DNA of 64,000 bases from the human T2T-CHM13v2.0 reference genome, Homo sapiens. The translations under genes were made by a program, and so were the position numbers. Positions within the stretch are counted from its first letter, which is position 1, and every line of letters begins with the position of its first letter. The notes under the pieces are model-generated. The model was not told where the DNA came from, did not search any database, and was given only the letters and a program-made list of their open reading frames with translations. The DNA is taken from NCBI RefSeq assembly GCF_009914755.1, contig NC_060935.1, one strand, 5' to 3'. Shown piece by piece: positions 30,273 to 46,381 of the stretch.

Positions 30273-31639
30273 TAGTCAATTAAGCATTCTAGTTAACTGA
30301 TTTGTCTCCTGTATCATACATAACTCATAGGTTTGTAAAAACAAGATTTAATACTAAAGATAAATGAAATAATTCAGAGAGTTCAGAGTACTTTCACCCT
30401 CATCACTCTGGAGAAGTCAGTCTCCCAAATGTCAAGAGGTCACTAAGTCTGATGATCTTTCTCAGCCTTATCTGATAATTCCTGTAGCTTTTCAAAATTA
30501 TATCTGTACTATTCTAACATCTGTGTTATTCTCTTCTTCCATCTAGTAAATGTACACATTTCCCTAAGGAGCTGTACTTGACCCTCTAGTTGCCTTGTTC
30601 TACACAGTTTCTCATATTTCTAATTATCCTCTTACCATTACCTTCTCTGTCACCTGGGTTCCAAATTACTAGATTTTTTTTTCTACCTTTTCCCTTGCAT
30701 TTTCCAATGTATACCAATTCTGTCTTTTTTATGCTTATAGTTAAAACATAATTCTGTTCATGTCATCCTTCTGATTAAAGACTTTTTAGTAATCTTTAAA
30801 TAGAAACAAAATATGCTGATATTTTTAGTTGGGTAATTCTTGGTCCTTGGTCCAAAATTAAGAAACAAATTGTTTCATTAGAATTTATTACCACAATACT
30901 AGATTTAGTATTTAATGTTTAACATTTAAAAACACAAACATCTGGTAAACACCTTTTATTAATGCCCCAAATAATGACATATGTAACAATACACTTGATC
31001 AACTTCAGTGTGATTATCTTATATTTTTCAATTAACTTTTTTCTACTCTACCTACTTCATTCTGGTGAACTTCATGGTGTCTGACATGAAATACCTTTGC
31101 TTGGAGTGTACGGTCAATGGAAGAAACTATTACGTGTATTTCCATTCACGTTGTCTAATCATGAAGTAAAATTCCCAGTTGATATTTACTTTACTGTATA
31201 ATACTAACTTAAAGAACATTGAAAGCAGAATAAGATAAGTGTTATGCATTTCAATAAAGCAATTCAAACTTTCAACCAAGTTAGAAAATACACTTAAACA
31301 ATCAGCAACAGTACAAGCACTATTCTTATTATATTAGTTGACAATATGCTCTGCTTTGGCTAGGTTGACAATTACCCTCTAGGAAATAAAATTCAAAAAC
31401 AGAAGAAAAATATGATCCCTGTTCTACTGAGGAATTTTACTTTTCTGAGAACTAGATAAATGAGATCCAGATCTTAAAATAATTTTCCACTCCCTTTAAC
31501 ATGACATTTGTCAAATTTTCCATTACCAGATATTTTTATACTAATGCTGCAGAGTAAAGACAGTTACTTTTCTCCACTGTGCTGCTACCACCAATTTGGT
31601 GGCTATTAATAGCTGGCAGATTAACTTCTTTTCCCATGA

Positions 31640-31800
31640 GAGGCAGCAGGGGTATAGGGGATAGAAAACTACATGGAGGGTAGAGGACTGAATTGGGAGT
31701 CAGGAGACTTGGATTCTATTTCTGGCTCCACCAACAGCTCACCAAGTGACCTTGGGCAACTCACTTAAGCAGTGTGGGCATTAATATCCCCTAGAAAAAA
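31640..31800 (+). mobile_element. MIR SINE fragment
   Basis: Core 'ggagtcaggagacttggattctatttctggctccacc...gtgaccttgggcaactcacttaa'. Confidence 0.75.
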
Positions 31801-33764
31801 GCGGATATTACCTTTTTATATATGAATAGGATTATATGATAAGGGTTCAAAGAAAGGCTCTAGAAATGCAAATATGTTTCAACTGTTAATATTACAACTT
31901 TTACAAGGAGAGTTGTAATTTACTTTCCAATCATCAAAAACTTACTGTTATCTCTAAAACAATATATTTCAAACAGTGCTTCACTTTCAGTTTATCAGAT
32001 ATCCAGTTTATCAAGGCTGATGATTAATATAAACCACAGGTATTATTGAAACAGGTATATATGTTCTTTGCAAATGCAGACCTTATAATAACATTTTAAA
32101 CTTTAAAATACAATGGAACATGAAATCTCAAGGGACAAGAATTATAGAGTCATTATTTTTTAAAATACATACTTAGCAGGTATAATCTCTGGGAGTGGCA
32201 ACTGGGCAAATTCCCATCATGGTGGACCACATTTTCCCTACTGCTAGTAAAGAGTGATAAAAATCACAGTCTTCTGGTAGAACACTGAAGAAATATCCAC
32301 GTGTCCTCTGGGATAATCTAAGCATACACCCGACATCAAATTTAGTATGATCAGACTGACTAACAATTTGTCAGTAAAAGGAATAGTGGTGTTACAGTGA
32401 TATATCTTTAGCTATAATCCTGCTCTCCTGGCAGAGTATAAGCTGAAGGAATAGCATGGAGATGTGGTAGTTAATGTGGATTTACATACAATTGTTTTAC
32501 TGGGCCTAGAAGAAGAGATGCTACAGACACACAACATGTATATGATATAAATCTAAAGAGTTCTTTTCATTCTCTCAATTATTAAGTTCAGATAAAATAA
32601 AAGGGCAGAAGGCAGATGGTCAATTCAGAACTACTTAGGCTGATTAGTTGCTTAGAAAGCTTCAGGAGCTAACCAGAGCAAAAACAAAATTTAAAGGTTT
32701 AAATAAAAATTTAAGTCAATCTTCTGTAACTATAAACATAAAAGGAAAATGACCCAACTTAATGAAAACTAAAAGCATAAACAACTAAATTTTACTCTGA
32801 ATACAATTTTTATAATATATAAATACAATTACATAACAAATAATTATTATCCTTTAGCTAAGTTAGGTAATAAAGAACTTTATGTGGGTATGGCAAGTGG
32901 AGAGTGTTGAGTTGGGGGATCAGAAAGTTCAATAGGCTATAAGAACTGTTGGATATGTTAGGTCTATGTCTATAAAAGAGATCTGCTGTACTTTTCCATT
33001 AGAGGAAAAGGGTGTACAGTAAATTTCCAGAAGAGCAGGCATGGGACAGTTGTAGTTTCCCCTGATTCAGCTTGGGAAAACACTATCTAACAATATTCCA
33101 TAATTCTTGTGCTTATAGAGTAGAAGTGATAAGAAGGAACTTGGAGGCAGATTATAATTCCTTCAGAAAGGCCCCATAAAATGAGAAAATGAATCACAAA
33201 GTTGTAGGCTGTGCCTTGCAGAACAAGAGACCATATAGATGATGATAGCCCATAAAATACCCTAGCAACGTGGGTGCTACACAGAAGGGAACAGGAAATT
33301 AAAAATGCATTGTTATAAGGCACGCTCTTGCAAACTGGAATAGGGAAGACTGGCAGTCACTTGGGAAGACATATCTCTAGGTTCTATCTAAGGAACTAGT
33401 CCAGTGTATCATATACTTAAATATAAGAGGTAGTGGGTAGCAATGTATGTTATGGTTTCTGAGTAATTTTGCTATTTCCACAACATCTCTTGAGACTTTA
33501 ACTCCTCAACATATTGTAAGTGTGCTCCATTTCTATTACCTTGAATGATTATGACCCATGGGATGTAAGTGAATAGGACTTTTTGAAATTTATGCCCAAA
33601 TAATAACAGGAAGCATAATGTCAAAAAATTTAAAAGAAAAAAATCACTACTACTATTTTGAATCCAGGATCAACATATGTTTTATTTATGAAAAAAAGTT
33701 GTAGTCAGCTATGGTACAAAAGCAACAATCTAAAAGGAGTACACCTGCATAAAAAGAATTCACT

Positions 33765-34450
33765 GTTCATCCCACCCAATATTTATTAAGTACCTACCAT
33801 ACCATGCTAGGTACAGTGGTAAACAAGACAGTTAAGAATTTACATTTTTGAGGGGAGAAGGCAGATGACAATAAACAAATAAAATAAATTAGGATGATAA
33901 ATTAATTGTAAAGACAATAAAACAGAGAAATGGAATAGACAGTGATGGGAGATAGAATGTTTTAACTATGATGGCTAGAATAACAATTCTAAGGATGGAA
34001 TATGTGATCTGAGACTTGAATGGCTAAGGAGGCAGTTCTATGAAGATCTGGGGGAAAAGGCAGAAAAAATAGCATGTGCAGAGATCCAACCGCAACAATG
34101 AATTTGTTGAGCTCGAGGAAAAGAGGCTAGTTTGATTGAAGTGCTGTGAGTTAGAGGGACAGGCAGAATAAGAGGCTAGAGAGATCAAAAGGGGCAACTT
34201 ATGTTAGGATTTATGGACAAGACAAGGGTTTTTATTTATTCCAAGTGTAAAGGGAGATCTGTGGAGGGTTTCAAATATGGATATAATGTGATCTGATTGA
34301 TGTTTAGGAAAAAGAGTGATTTGCTTGCTGTGTCAAGAATGGTCAAGAGAGAAAACAGAAAAATCGGTAACAAGGCTATTGCTATAGCTTAAGCAAGAAA
34401 TGACAGCTTGGGTAAGAGTGGTAGGAGCAGTGATGGAGAGATGTGAGAAG
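33765..34450 (-). mobile_element. L2 LINE fragment
   Basis: 'aatatttattaagtacctacc...gtaaacaagacag...ctgagacttgaatg...tataatgtgatctgattgatgttt' antisense L2 motifs. Confidence 0.7.
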
Positions 34451-37400
34451 GGTATTATAATATCTATATATGTAATTAGCTGCCTTATAATAAAGAGTTC
34501 ACAGAAAGTAGTATATATTAATTCTACATAAGTAAATTAAGAGAAATTGACAATGCTCCATAAAACCATGAACCATTTATGCATGTCATTCCCTCAACTT
34601 TGGCATTCTTTTTTTTTTGACATCCCCTTCCCTCTACTCCCACTCATCAAGCTTGGGATCCTGTCCTCTATTCAGGAGTTCTGATCCATGTAACTGTAGG
34701 AGTCCTGGAATCTGCATTTTTCCCTTTCTAGTTTGGACACTCATAGAGACTTGAGGCAGTAGAAACTCTTTGGGGTTTGAGGCTGTGATTTCTTATTCAG
34801 AGACGATGAGTGTTATTATTATGCTGAGGTAGGGGAAAGGAAAGAAAAGGAGTAAGGATAAGTAGGAAACAGTCCTAGAACAAAAGTAGCAGATAGAGAC
34901 AGTATTGAAAATGAAGTTCACCTCCTAGGAAGTTGTACCAAAGGCAATTAATGGGTAAGATTTAAGTTGGTAGAATGATGTTAAAAACAGCATCTCTTTT
35001 TAGGTTAGGCACCCTACTGTCTCTGCATATTCATCTCTGGACACTCCCAAACAATTAAAACAGGTTTATAGACAGTTCCAGGCATAGACATACTATGTTT
35101 TCAGATACAAGGTCTAATTGCTCCTCTTATAATATTTTGTTAGTATAGCATTCAGTTCTTTAAAAAGGAGCCAATGCATTTTGATCCATGTTTAAGGAAG
35201 CTTGAAAATGCAAAATGCAAACTTGTAATGAATGAGTTTTGATAAAAGAATATACATATTAGAATCTTTTCTTTTTGATAGGGAAGGAATTTAGAAAGAC
35301 ACTGGCTGCTTGAAGAATTTCTCACTAGAAACAGTACTTGGTTGGCACACTTGAGAAATACCCATAGTACAAGGAGGCATTTGAAGGTTAACTGCAAAAG
35401 ACAATTTTAACCAAAGTGATAACCTGAATAGAGGCATCTAGCGCCCACTCAGATTCCCTTTAAAATGATCACATCATTAAAAAAAGGGTAAACTTGACCT
35501 AATGTTGGTAATGGGAAAACATTATCATCTGAGTGCCAGAACATTAGAGGACTTTCTAAAGAGTATTGTATAGCTCAGACTCTTAAGGGAAGGCATGGAG
35601 GAGAATGACTTATAGTACTCCCTATCCTTTACCCTTCAGTGCTATCCCAAGGAGTTAAGTAAAAGACACTGGCAGATATCAGTAAAGGGCCTTAAATTAG
35701 AACCAGGGATGATGGGGTAAGGTGGGAGTTGGGGAGAATGAGTGAGACACAGCTATGCAATATAGTAAAATGGCAACATCTGAACACTAAAAGTAGCGCT
35801 AAGAGGCTCTAAAATTCAGTCCTGGCTCAGTTGTTTCAGTGCAGAAAAAAAATATTAAAAAGTACCCGATATTATCAGGCTTGTTCCCATCACTGTTGGC
35901 TATATCACACATGGATGAGATACTCTTGGGCAAAGGGGCAGATTTCTAGCTGAGACTACCTGTGGCTCTGGTTCCTTCCCTACATTCCCTGGGCTGTTGG
36001 ATCAGTGGACAGGAATATATTTTTTCCCCTTAATTTTACAGGAAAAAACATAATTATAATAAGCAAACAGAAAACTCACTGGACCTATAAAAAGAAAATG
36101 TAAAGAAATGACAGAACTGGCATACAAACTCAGACCTTTTGCTAATCCAGATGCCAAGTTCTTCACCACCACACAATGCTGAGCCCCTACCACAGAAGTT
36201 AATTAAATCACTTAGGCAATGACTAAATAACTAAATGAACATGAACATCCACAATTACACTGATATTTAAAACTATATTTTATAGATTATTTGATGATAT
36301 AAAAAAATGTTCATTAATGAGGTAGTATACAGTATGATCCCAATTTTGACAAAACAAAAACAAAAACAAAAACCAAATCAAAGCGCACAAACCTCCTGAG
36401 CAAAAATGGGGGGAAAAGTAATAGAAAACAGAGAAGGAAATATAATCCAATTCATCAAAATGTTAACACAGGTTTATAGCTCACTGGGAAAATAATGAAT
36501 TATTTTATTTTCCTTTTTATACATTTGATTATTTTATATAATAAATATAATCCTGCTCTGTAAAATAATAAATGACCAAAAAAAAAAGGGGGAATAATGT
36601 TTGGGGTGGTGGGTAGGAAGCCAATAAAAAATCAGCTCTTTCAAACCTCTGAAGATCTCAGGAACTGAAGGCATGAGGTTGTCTCTGAAAGCACAGGGTG
36701 GAGTTAAAACAGGAGAATTCTTGGAAGTCTGTATAAGGAAGTTGGATTCCCAGATCTCCCTTACCCCATTACCATCACCTACATTGCTAGGTAACTGCTC
36801 CTTTGTTACCCTATTAAAAGACATGAAGTTTTACTCTCTGGATAGGCTGTAGACTGGGGCCAACATGCACAGCTGACACTAGGTGCATTAAATAATTTCT
36901 TAATAATAAATATATGCTGATTTTTCTCCCACTTCTCTGTAATACTGGTAGCCAGGCCCATATACCCCCTAAATGGAAAATCAAAAAGTTCTTTGTAAAT
37001 GAAACATAAAAATAAAAAAGATGGACATCTGTAGGTTCCCCCAGATTGACTAGTTTTCTGGAGATAACTATAAATCAGAGCTTTGTTTAATAAGTCCAAC
37101 CCTAGTTTTGTAATAGTTACTCATTAATAGTTTAGCAAACATTTTTAAAATATTTATATGATGCTTTAAGGCATCCTATAAAAAACTGAAAGTATGCGTT
37201 TCAGGATAAAGTGGCGAGTGTTCTATTCATCTGTTCCTGCATTATGGCTAGAGATTCCCGCTTCAAAAAGTTTGTTTACTGTAAGTCCAAAGACAGACTT
37301 AAAAAGGAAGTTAGACAAAAACATTTTGTTGAGACTGCCAAGTTTTAGAAGCCTCTCAAAAGACTTTTAAGTATTAAAACCACTTTTAAAATTAACTGTA

Positions 37401-38445
37401 AATGCATGCACTGAAATCATGGATTAGATGGAGAAGAAATACAAATATTTTCATCAATAACCCAGGTTCTAAAACAATGTAACATGGATTACAACAGAAG
37501 TATATTAACATTAGTATTATAGAGTATTAAATTTGCTATTAATAAAACCACAGCTAAAAATAAAAACAAAAACAGTGAAATCATAATGAAAACATAATTA
37601 ATTTGCATGACAAACTACATTTGCTAAGTGGTTATAAAAATTATAAATAAATATTTGGTGAGTGGTTAAGTGGTTAAAAAAGTAAACAAAGTTTGGATAT
37701 TCATCTGCCATTCACTATCTCTCAAATGTGTAGGATTTTAAGACATATAATTGATGAATGGTAGTGTAATAAAAGCAATAAATTGGGCATTTTGATTTTG
37801 ACAATAAAACATAGGATAATCTGATGAAGTACATAAAAAAGACTTGAAAAAAGTTTGATAAATTGACTGCCTATACCTCAAGAGAAACATCTACAAATGT
37901 ATTTATTGGTGGTATTGCTCTTTAAGCTACTTAAGTCTACCTATAAGGACAATCAATCTACTTCAGTATTTGCATCTTTCAAATATTTCAATTCTCCAGG
38001 AAGTCTATCTCACAGATTTGGCTGAGGACTGTGAAACGTTTCCAGTAAAAAGCAGAAAAAAAGGAAAAAAAAAAAGAGATGCTTCATGTCTGTTTCCCTA
38101 AAATTAGTTTTAAGAAATGTCAGTATATTCTTACTTCTAATAAATGTTTTAAATAATATTTTATTTAATTATAAAATATTTCCTTAAGTAGGCTCTAAAT
38201 GTTACACATATTAACATATGTATAAATATAATGTGAAATTGCATACTTTATGTATATATTATATAACATACACATGTCACTTCTTACCTGATCCTGCTAA
38301 AATACATTAGCAAAACCAGAGAAGAAATAAGGTGGCGGTGTTGTAAGTGAGCTAATTCTTCATCTCTCATGATTAGAAGTTATAACATCTAAACACTAAT
38401 GAATCAAGAAACAGCAGTATAGCATACTGTTTAGAAATATTGTAG

Positions 38446-39774
<1,329 letters not shown>

Positions 39775-42700
39775 TTATATATAATCATCCAGCATATATT
39801 CCAATAGAAAACAGAAAAATCCCCAGTAATTTTATATCTTCCTAAGGATAGTTTTAAGAAATGTTGGAAATGTCCTTAAAACAGTTGTCAATGACAAGTC
39901 AAATCCAAATAATTTGAAACCAAATGCTTGGTTTTAGTCCATCGCTACAAGAAAAAAGGAATAAACTTACACACAAATGTTTCCTAATAGCAAAAACTGA
40001 AAGGCTCAAGCAAGATAAGGCCTTACGTACTTTAACTATGACATTTCTATGTCATGGGAATTATATAGTTTAGCAATCTATATCTATTTTTCACTGAATC
40101 TCTACTTTAAAAGAGTGGTCCTAACTACTGGCCACCAGGAAAGTTACAATGGGGATCATCTTATACAAACAACCAGAATTTAGTACTAGATGGTTTTAGT
40201 GTTTATTTAAACTTCATTATTTTATAATTTGTTGCTCACAGCAAGAAAATGACATTCTCAAAGTCATGATAGCAATTATATTTGTTGTTGCCAGAGTTGG
40301 AGTCATGTTTCTTATTTTCCAGGTAGAAGTCAGGTAAAAAGTAATGCAAGTAATACAGAGTAATAACATATACAATAAACATAATGGAGACTTAAAAAAA
40401 TAAAACTTTCTTCACAGACTCAAAAATATGAATAGGAGGCAACATACTACTTCATTGCTCCCAAAATGAAATGCTATTTCCTATTATTACTGAAAAGAGA
40501 AAGTAGGCAAATAAAATATGAATATCTTCATAACTTAAAATTGGGTTACATAAAAATCAAAACCAACCATGAATAAGAGAGAAAAAAATACATGTAACAC
40601 ATTTGGCAAAGGATTTAGAGCTCGTGTATGTGTATGTATGTATGTCTATGTATACATGTGTATATAGGTTGGCTGGTCTGTCTCTGAGAGAAATAATTCT
40701 TACAAAACAAAATGGATAAGAGCAAAATAAGGCAAAGGAAGAGGCAGTTAATTCAGAACAAACTATAACTAGACAAAAAGCACATGAAAAAATGTTCACC
40801 TTCACCTTCATTACCCACTTACAATGGTAGACTACACTTATAATAGTTCTGGGGGTGGGGAATCTGACAATGCATATCTAATGCCTTTAAAGTATACATA
40901 CTGTTTGATTAAGCTATTCTTCTTCTAAGGGCTTAGCCTAAGGAAATAATTAGGCAAGTTGCAAAATAAATACACATGCACAGACATTTAATGGGGTGTC
41001 GCTTGTAATAATAAAGTGAAAACAAACTAAATGTTAATTAGCAGGAGATTAGGCAAATATAATATGCAGCTATTAAAAATGACTTAAATTCATATTCGTT
41101 GATAGCAAAATGTGTCTACAGCAAGTAGTTCAGTGAAAAAGAGGCTGGTTATCAACTATATATATATAATAGATTCCACTGTTCTTGTTTTAAAAAAGCA
41201 AACCACAAATGTATGCTTAGAAAAAAAGTTCAGTAGGCTATTAAAACTAAATACTAATATAAGTTAATAAAGTATATCTTGTTTCTTTTGGCTTCACTTT
41301 TTTCCAAATTAAAATAAACAAATATTTATTGCTAAGACAGTAACAAGGTTAAAACACTAGTGAAAGGAATAAAAAACTTAAAAGCCATGGGAATACAGAT
41401 GAATATATGCAGGCAAAGGAAAGATGATCCATTAAAAGGAAGATTTAATAAAGAAGGAAGTATCTGAATTGGACTCTCATTGTGGAGAAAGATTTAGGCC
41501 AAGAAGTGGGATGGATGTAGAGAAAACAAGCATTTGAAATTGATGGAAAAGCTTGGAAATTGCAGAGGCCAGAAACAGAAATCATGATAACAGAAGGTTG
41601 GGATACAAGGTGCTGGACAAAAGTATGCCTATAGCTTGACACTGGACTTGGAAAGCCTTTGAAGACTCTTCTGAGAGGTCTACACTTTATTAGGAAGATC
41701 ACTTTGTTGGCAGTGTGAAGTGTAGACTGCAGTGGAAAGAGACAAGAGAAATTAAAACTAGTTTAGATGTCACTATATTATTCATTTCTTATGCCAAATT
41801 TTCTAAAAATATTTTAAAATAAATTAAGAAACATCTTTTTCTCTCTTTGTTTTAAATAAATCTCTAAAACATAATTGCTAAATGGCAATTCATGTGGTTT
41901 CTTAAGTAGAGGGGGCTTTATATTTATTTTTCAGCTTTTGGAAATATTTCACAGATGGTTCCTTTACATAAAATAAAGAGACTAGATAATTTATCACTAA
42001 TGGGTTTAAAATCCCTCTCTTAAAAATGGGCAGGGCTTTTGGGGTCATCTTTTGATGTGCCATATCATGTGTTCTGAATGATTTTACCCAGAGGAACTAA
42101 TTTATCAAAAGTTTAAGACTGTAAACGTTAAGAGATTTATAGAGCTGTATGTTATTGTAAAGGAAGAATGCGGTATTTAGCAAACATGAGTCATAGGCTG
42201 CAAAGTAGGGTTCATGACAGGGAGACATTGATGAATGGGATTAGATCTAATTGAGGTTTGGTACAAAACGATGGCAAGGATTCTTCCTTTGCAAGCAAGC
42301 ACTCCTGTTAATATGTACGTGAGGAGAAATTCTGGGAAACTGTGCTAAATCAAAATTAGTTGGCAAAGTTCTAAAGTGAAATCAAATATTAATGTATACA
42401 TTTCAATAAAAACTTCTAGGCTACAAATGATTGATACAATTAGTGTACTCATCATAAATCTGGATTCTTTTTAACAGCCTTATGACTCATGGAATTCATA
42501 GTTGCAAATGATACAGGTAAATGAATTTTAACTATTTATAAGATACGTAAACTTATCTTATAAGATAAAGTACCATTAAATTAACCAAATATAAGATAAG
42601 GTACCACTAAATTAACCAAACTAATAAACATTTTATAATACACTTATGAGACACTCTCATGGTTAGGGATGTATAATAGTTCCCTAATACATAGGGAACT

Positions 42701-44392
42701 ATTGTCCTAATACATAGGGAACTATTATAGTCCTTTAAATTAATCCAGCACTTTGAATAATAAATCAACCCATAACCTTTTGATATTTTTTCTGTGGGAA
42801 ATAGCAGATATCATGTTTCTCTCTCAGTTTCATTTTCTCAGTATTTACACTTACCAAAGATGGAAAAGAAGGGACAATACAAAGAACCTTTTAATTCACA
42901 GTAATATTTGCAGCTATAGATGAATAACTAAATACTGTCTTATGTACATGGGGATGATAAGTCAAACAAAATGTATTTAGGGATACAAGCATGATTTCCA
43001 TTGTTTCATGATTAAATTTTGTTGCCAAATGGAAAAAATATGGAAGATTTGGTTTATTAACATTTTCCTGCTTTATATTTGTTATATGAGAAATTAGTAT
43101 AGAGATTTCCTATCTTTCAAATGAAATTTCCTTGTATTCAAGTAATTTTAGGGGAAACTTAAACTTATGTGTGAACTCTATATTCAATCAGAATATTGGT
43201 ACTATGTTAAGAGACTGGTTCTCCTAGTATCTTTTATTGTACTTTAAGATAAAATCACTGACATTGGGTGCAAAATTTTAAAAAAGGAAAGGTTACAGAC
43301 AGAAGTATTACCAAATGTGAGTTTCCAGATGGATAATGAGGAAATCTTGACTTTTCATTTAATGTCAGAAATTTTATCAGTTCCATAAATAAATTTTGCT
43401 GTCAGCACCCCCGTCTTGCACTACACTTAGTGAGTGTGCTATCTATTTTCCAGACCCCAAAATAGGTACATATTTTACTCTTAGTCAATACACTTGTAGT
43501 TTGAAGGTAAAGATTTCACGTCAAATAAATATCTATTCAAAAATCAAGTCTATTTATTAGAAAATAATTAAAATTCATAAAATTTACAAAATTAGTTTCT
43601 TCCAAAATAAGAATTTAGGCTTATTAATTTAAGAAAAGTAAAAAGTAGTCTATGTCACAAAAATACAAAATATTGTATCTAGGGATCTATTCAGTCAAAT
43701 TTATAAAACACTTACGAAGAAAACTCTGAAACTTTGCTGAGGAACATACAAAAAGATATGCATACAGGGAGACAAACTATTCTAGAGTACGAAGATTTGA
43801 TATTGGAAATATGTGAAGTCAATTTATGAATTAAAAAAATTTCATTTCCTTGAAACTGGAAATTATTCTGATATTCATTTCCTAGACAAAGCAAAGAATA
43901 TTTTTCAGACAAAGAATAATGAAGAAGGGCTAGCATACTATATAAAAAAAACTATAAAGTATCACATATTAAAATAATAGCTACTGGCCCTAAGACAGAC
44001 AAACAGGTGAAACAATAGAGTAGAAATTGAGTAAACAGAATTATATATGACTACTTACTGTACAAAAAACACAGTGGCTGTTAAGGATGCATTGCCAATA
44101 TATCTATATAAGAATGCTAGTCTCCTTGGAAAAAATAAATTTAGATTCTTGCCTATCATTTAACACCAACATAAATTAGGAGAAAGTGGAAACAAAAATT
44201 TAAAAGCTTATGAATGGAAAGGCCTTTTGAGGAAAGATCCCGAAGGCAGTAAGAGAGAGAAAAAAGCTATTTTACTACATAAATGTTTTAACTTTCAGCA
44301 TTAAAAAGGAAACCTCAAACAAAAGCAAGAATAAGTGGCAAATCTTGAAGGGTATAGTTATACTATGTATATTACAGGAAAAAGTTAATATC

Positions 44393-45481
44393 CCTTAGTG
44401 ATTTCATCCTGTCCTATGGCTTTAAATATCATCTAAATGTTAACAACTCTCGAATTTATGTTTTAGCTTAGACTTCTCTCCTGAACTTCAGATTCTTAAC
44501 TGCCTACATGATGTCTCCACTTGGATGTATCTTAGACAAATTTAACATGCCTAGAACTGAACTCCTAATTTTCTACAACCTCCACCCTGTATACCTGCTC
44601 CATCTGAAGTCTTCCTTATCTCTCTGAAGGTGACTCAATTCTTTTAGATGCTAAGTTCCAAAATTTTAGATTCAGTCTTAAGCATTTCTTTCTCTCCTAT
44701 TCCAAATCTAATTTTCTTGGAAATCTTGCTGGCTCTACCTTCAAAACATTTTAGAATCTGACCACTTCTCACCAGCTCCAATGCTATTATCCTGGTCTGA
44801 ATAACCTCCATCTTTTGCCTGGGTTATTCTAGTGCCTCCTCATGTTTCAGCCCTTGCCATAGTATAATCTATTCTCACCACAGCAGTCAGAGAGATCTTT
44901 TAAGAGCACAATTGAGGTATGTTACATTTCTGCTCAGACCATGTCATGGCTCCTTGTTTTATTCAGAGTAAAAGACTAATTAAGTCCTGATAGTAACCTA
45001 CAAGGCCCTATGTGATCTGCCTTCCTTCCCTTTATCTCTCTGATCTCCTCACTACTTTCATTCTCTTTTTCTTTGTACCAGTTATATATCCTCACCAGCC
45101 TTTGAATATGTCAGGCAAATTCCTATGTTAGAGATTTTGCACTGTGATTGTGTCCCTCTACCTAAAAAAGTTTCTTCTCCCAGATATTCATATAGCTAGT
45201 CCTGTGAAGTCCTTCAAGTTTTATCAGTGAGATCCTCCCTGACCATGCTACTGAAAATAGCAATCTCTCTCCTCCCTGGCCACACTCCTGAACTCCCTTT
45301 ATTTCTTTCTTATAGCATGTAGTACCTCCTAGCATTCTGTTTAATTTATTTACTATATTATTGTCTTTCTCTACTAGAAGTGAGCTCCTTGAGGGTGGTG
45401 GAGTTTGTTTCATACTTTGATCCCTATCATCAGACAAGTGCCTGAAATACTGCTGTAAGTTAAACACTGTTGAATGAATGA
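44393..45481 (+). mobile_element. L2a LINE 3' portion (~1.1 kb)
   Basis: 'atggctttaaatatcatcta...ggctctaccttcaaaac...ctacaaggccctatgtgatctg...tgttgaatgaatgaa' with the typical L2 3' terminus. Confidence 0.85.
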
Positions 45482-45678
45482 AAAAAAACCTACACTTAAG
45501 ATCTTGTAAAAAAGTAACGATTGTTACTAAAGATGACTATATCAGAAAAATGTCAAAGGATGGCTGGGCAATTCACAGAAAAAAGACTCTTCAATTAAAA
45601 AAAACACACTCAACTATATTAGTAATGAATATGGAAAAAAGATAGTATTTATGACTATTGGCAAAGTATCAACAAGCA

Positions 45679-45729
45679 TTGCCATTACTTTCAATGATGA
45701 AAACCACAATTACTTCTGCACTAACCTAA
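45679..45729. mobile_element. Degenerate half MADE1
   Basis: 'ttgccattactttcaatgatgaaaaccacaattacttctgcactaacctaa' is the spacer plus one diverged TIR. Confidence 0.7.
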
Positions 45730-45945
45730 AAATTAGCAAAGACAAAAGTGGGAGAGAGTGTCCAAGATTAAAAAAGACTGCATAGGCATGAACCTTGTTT
45801 GTATCTTAATTCAAACAAATCATAGAAACAAATAATTTATGAGACAATGGGGGAAATTTGCACACATTAGATATTTGATGACATTTTTCTTTTATACACA
45901 CTTGATGTAAATGGAAGAAATGATGTGCTGTCTGAGATCTACTTT

Positions 45946-46381
45946 TTTTTGTTTTGTTTTTTGAAATAAAACTTTATTTATTAACACTGAAATTTGAATG
46001 TTTTATAATTATCAGGTGTCACAAAATATTTTTCTAATTTTTTCCAGTCATATACAAATGTGAAAAAAAAAATCTTGGCACATGGGACATAAAAAACAGA
46101 TAGTGAATCAGCTTTGGCCTGCAAGCTACAACTAAATGAATCCTAATCTTTTTTTAATTTTATTATTTATTTATTTTTTAATTATACTTTAAGTTTTAGG
46201 GTACATGTGCACAACGTGCAGGTTAGTTACATATGTATACATGTGCCATGTTGGTGTGCTGCACCCATTAACTTGTCATTTAACATTAGGTATACCTCCT
46301 AATGCTATCCCTCCCCCCTTCCCCCACCCCATAACAGGCCCCAGTGTATGATGTTCCCCTTCCTGTGTCCATGTGTTCTCC
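45946..46381 (-). mobile_element. L1PA3/4-like 3' stub (46149-46380) plus ~185-bp 3'-transduced flank (45963-46148) and second poly(A), within one TSD
   Basis: TSD gagatctacttt at 45934-45945 and 46382-46393; two A-rich tails; AATAAA 14 nt before the outer tail. Confidence 0.88.

Noticed and set aside
32930-33300. Possible CR1/L3 fragment or unique exon-like sequence
   Set aside because: Similarity is too degenerate to call from memory, and I found no in-frame splice sites.
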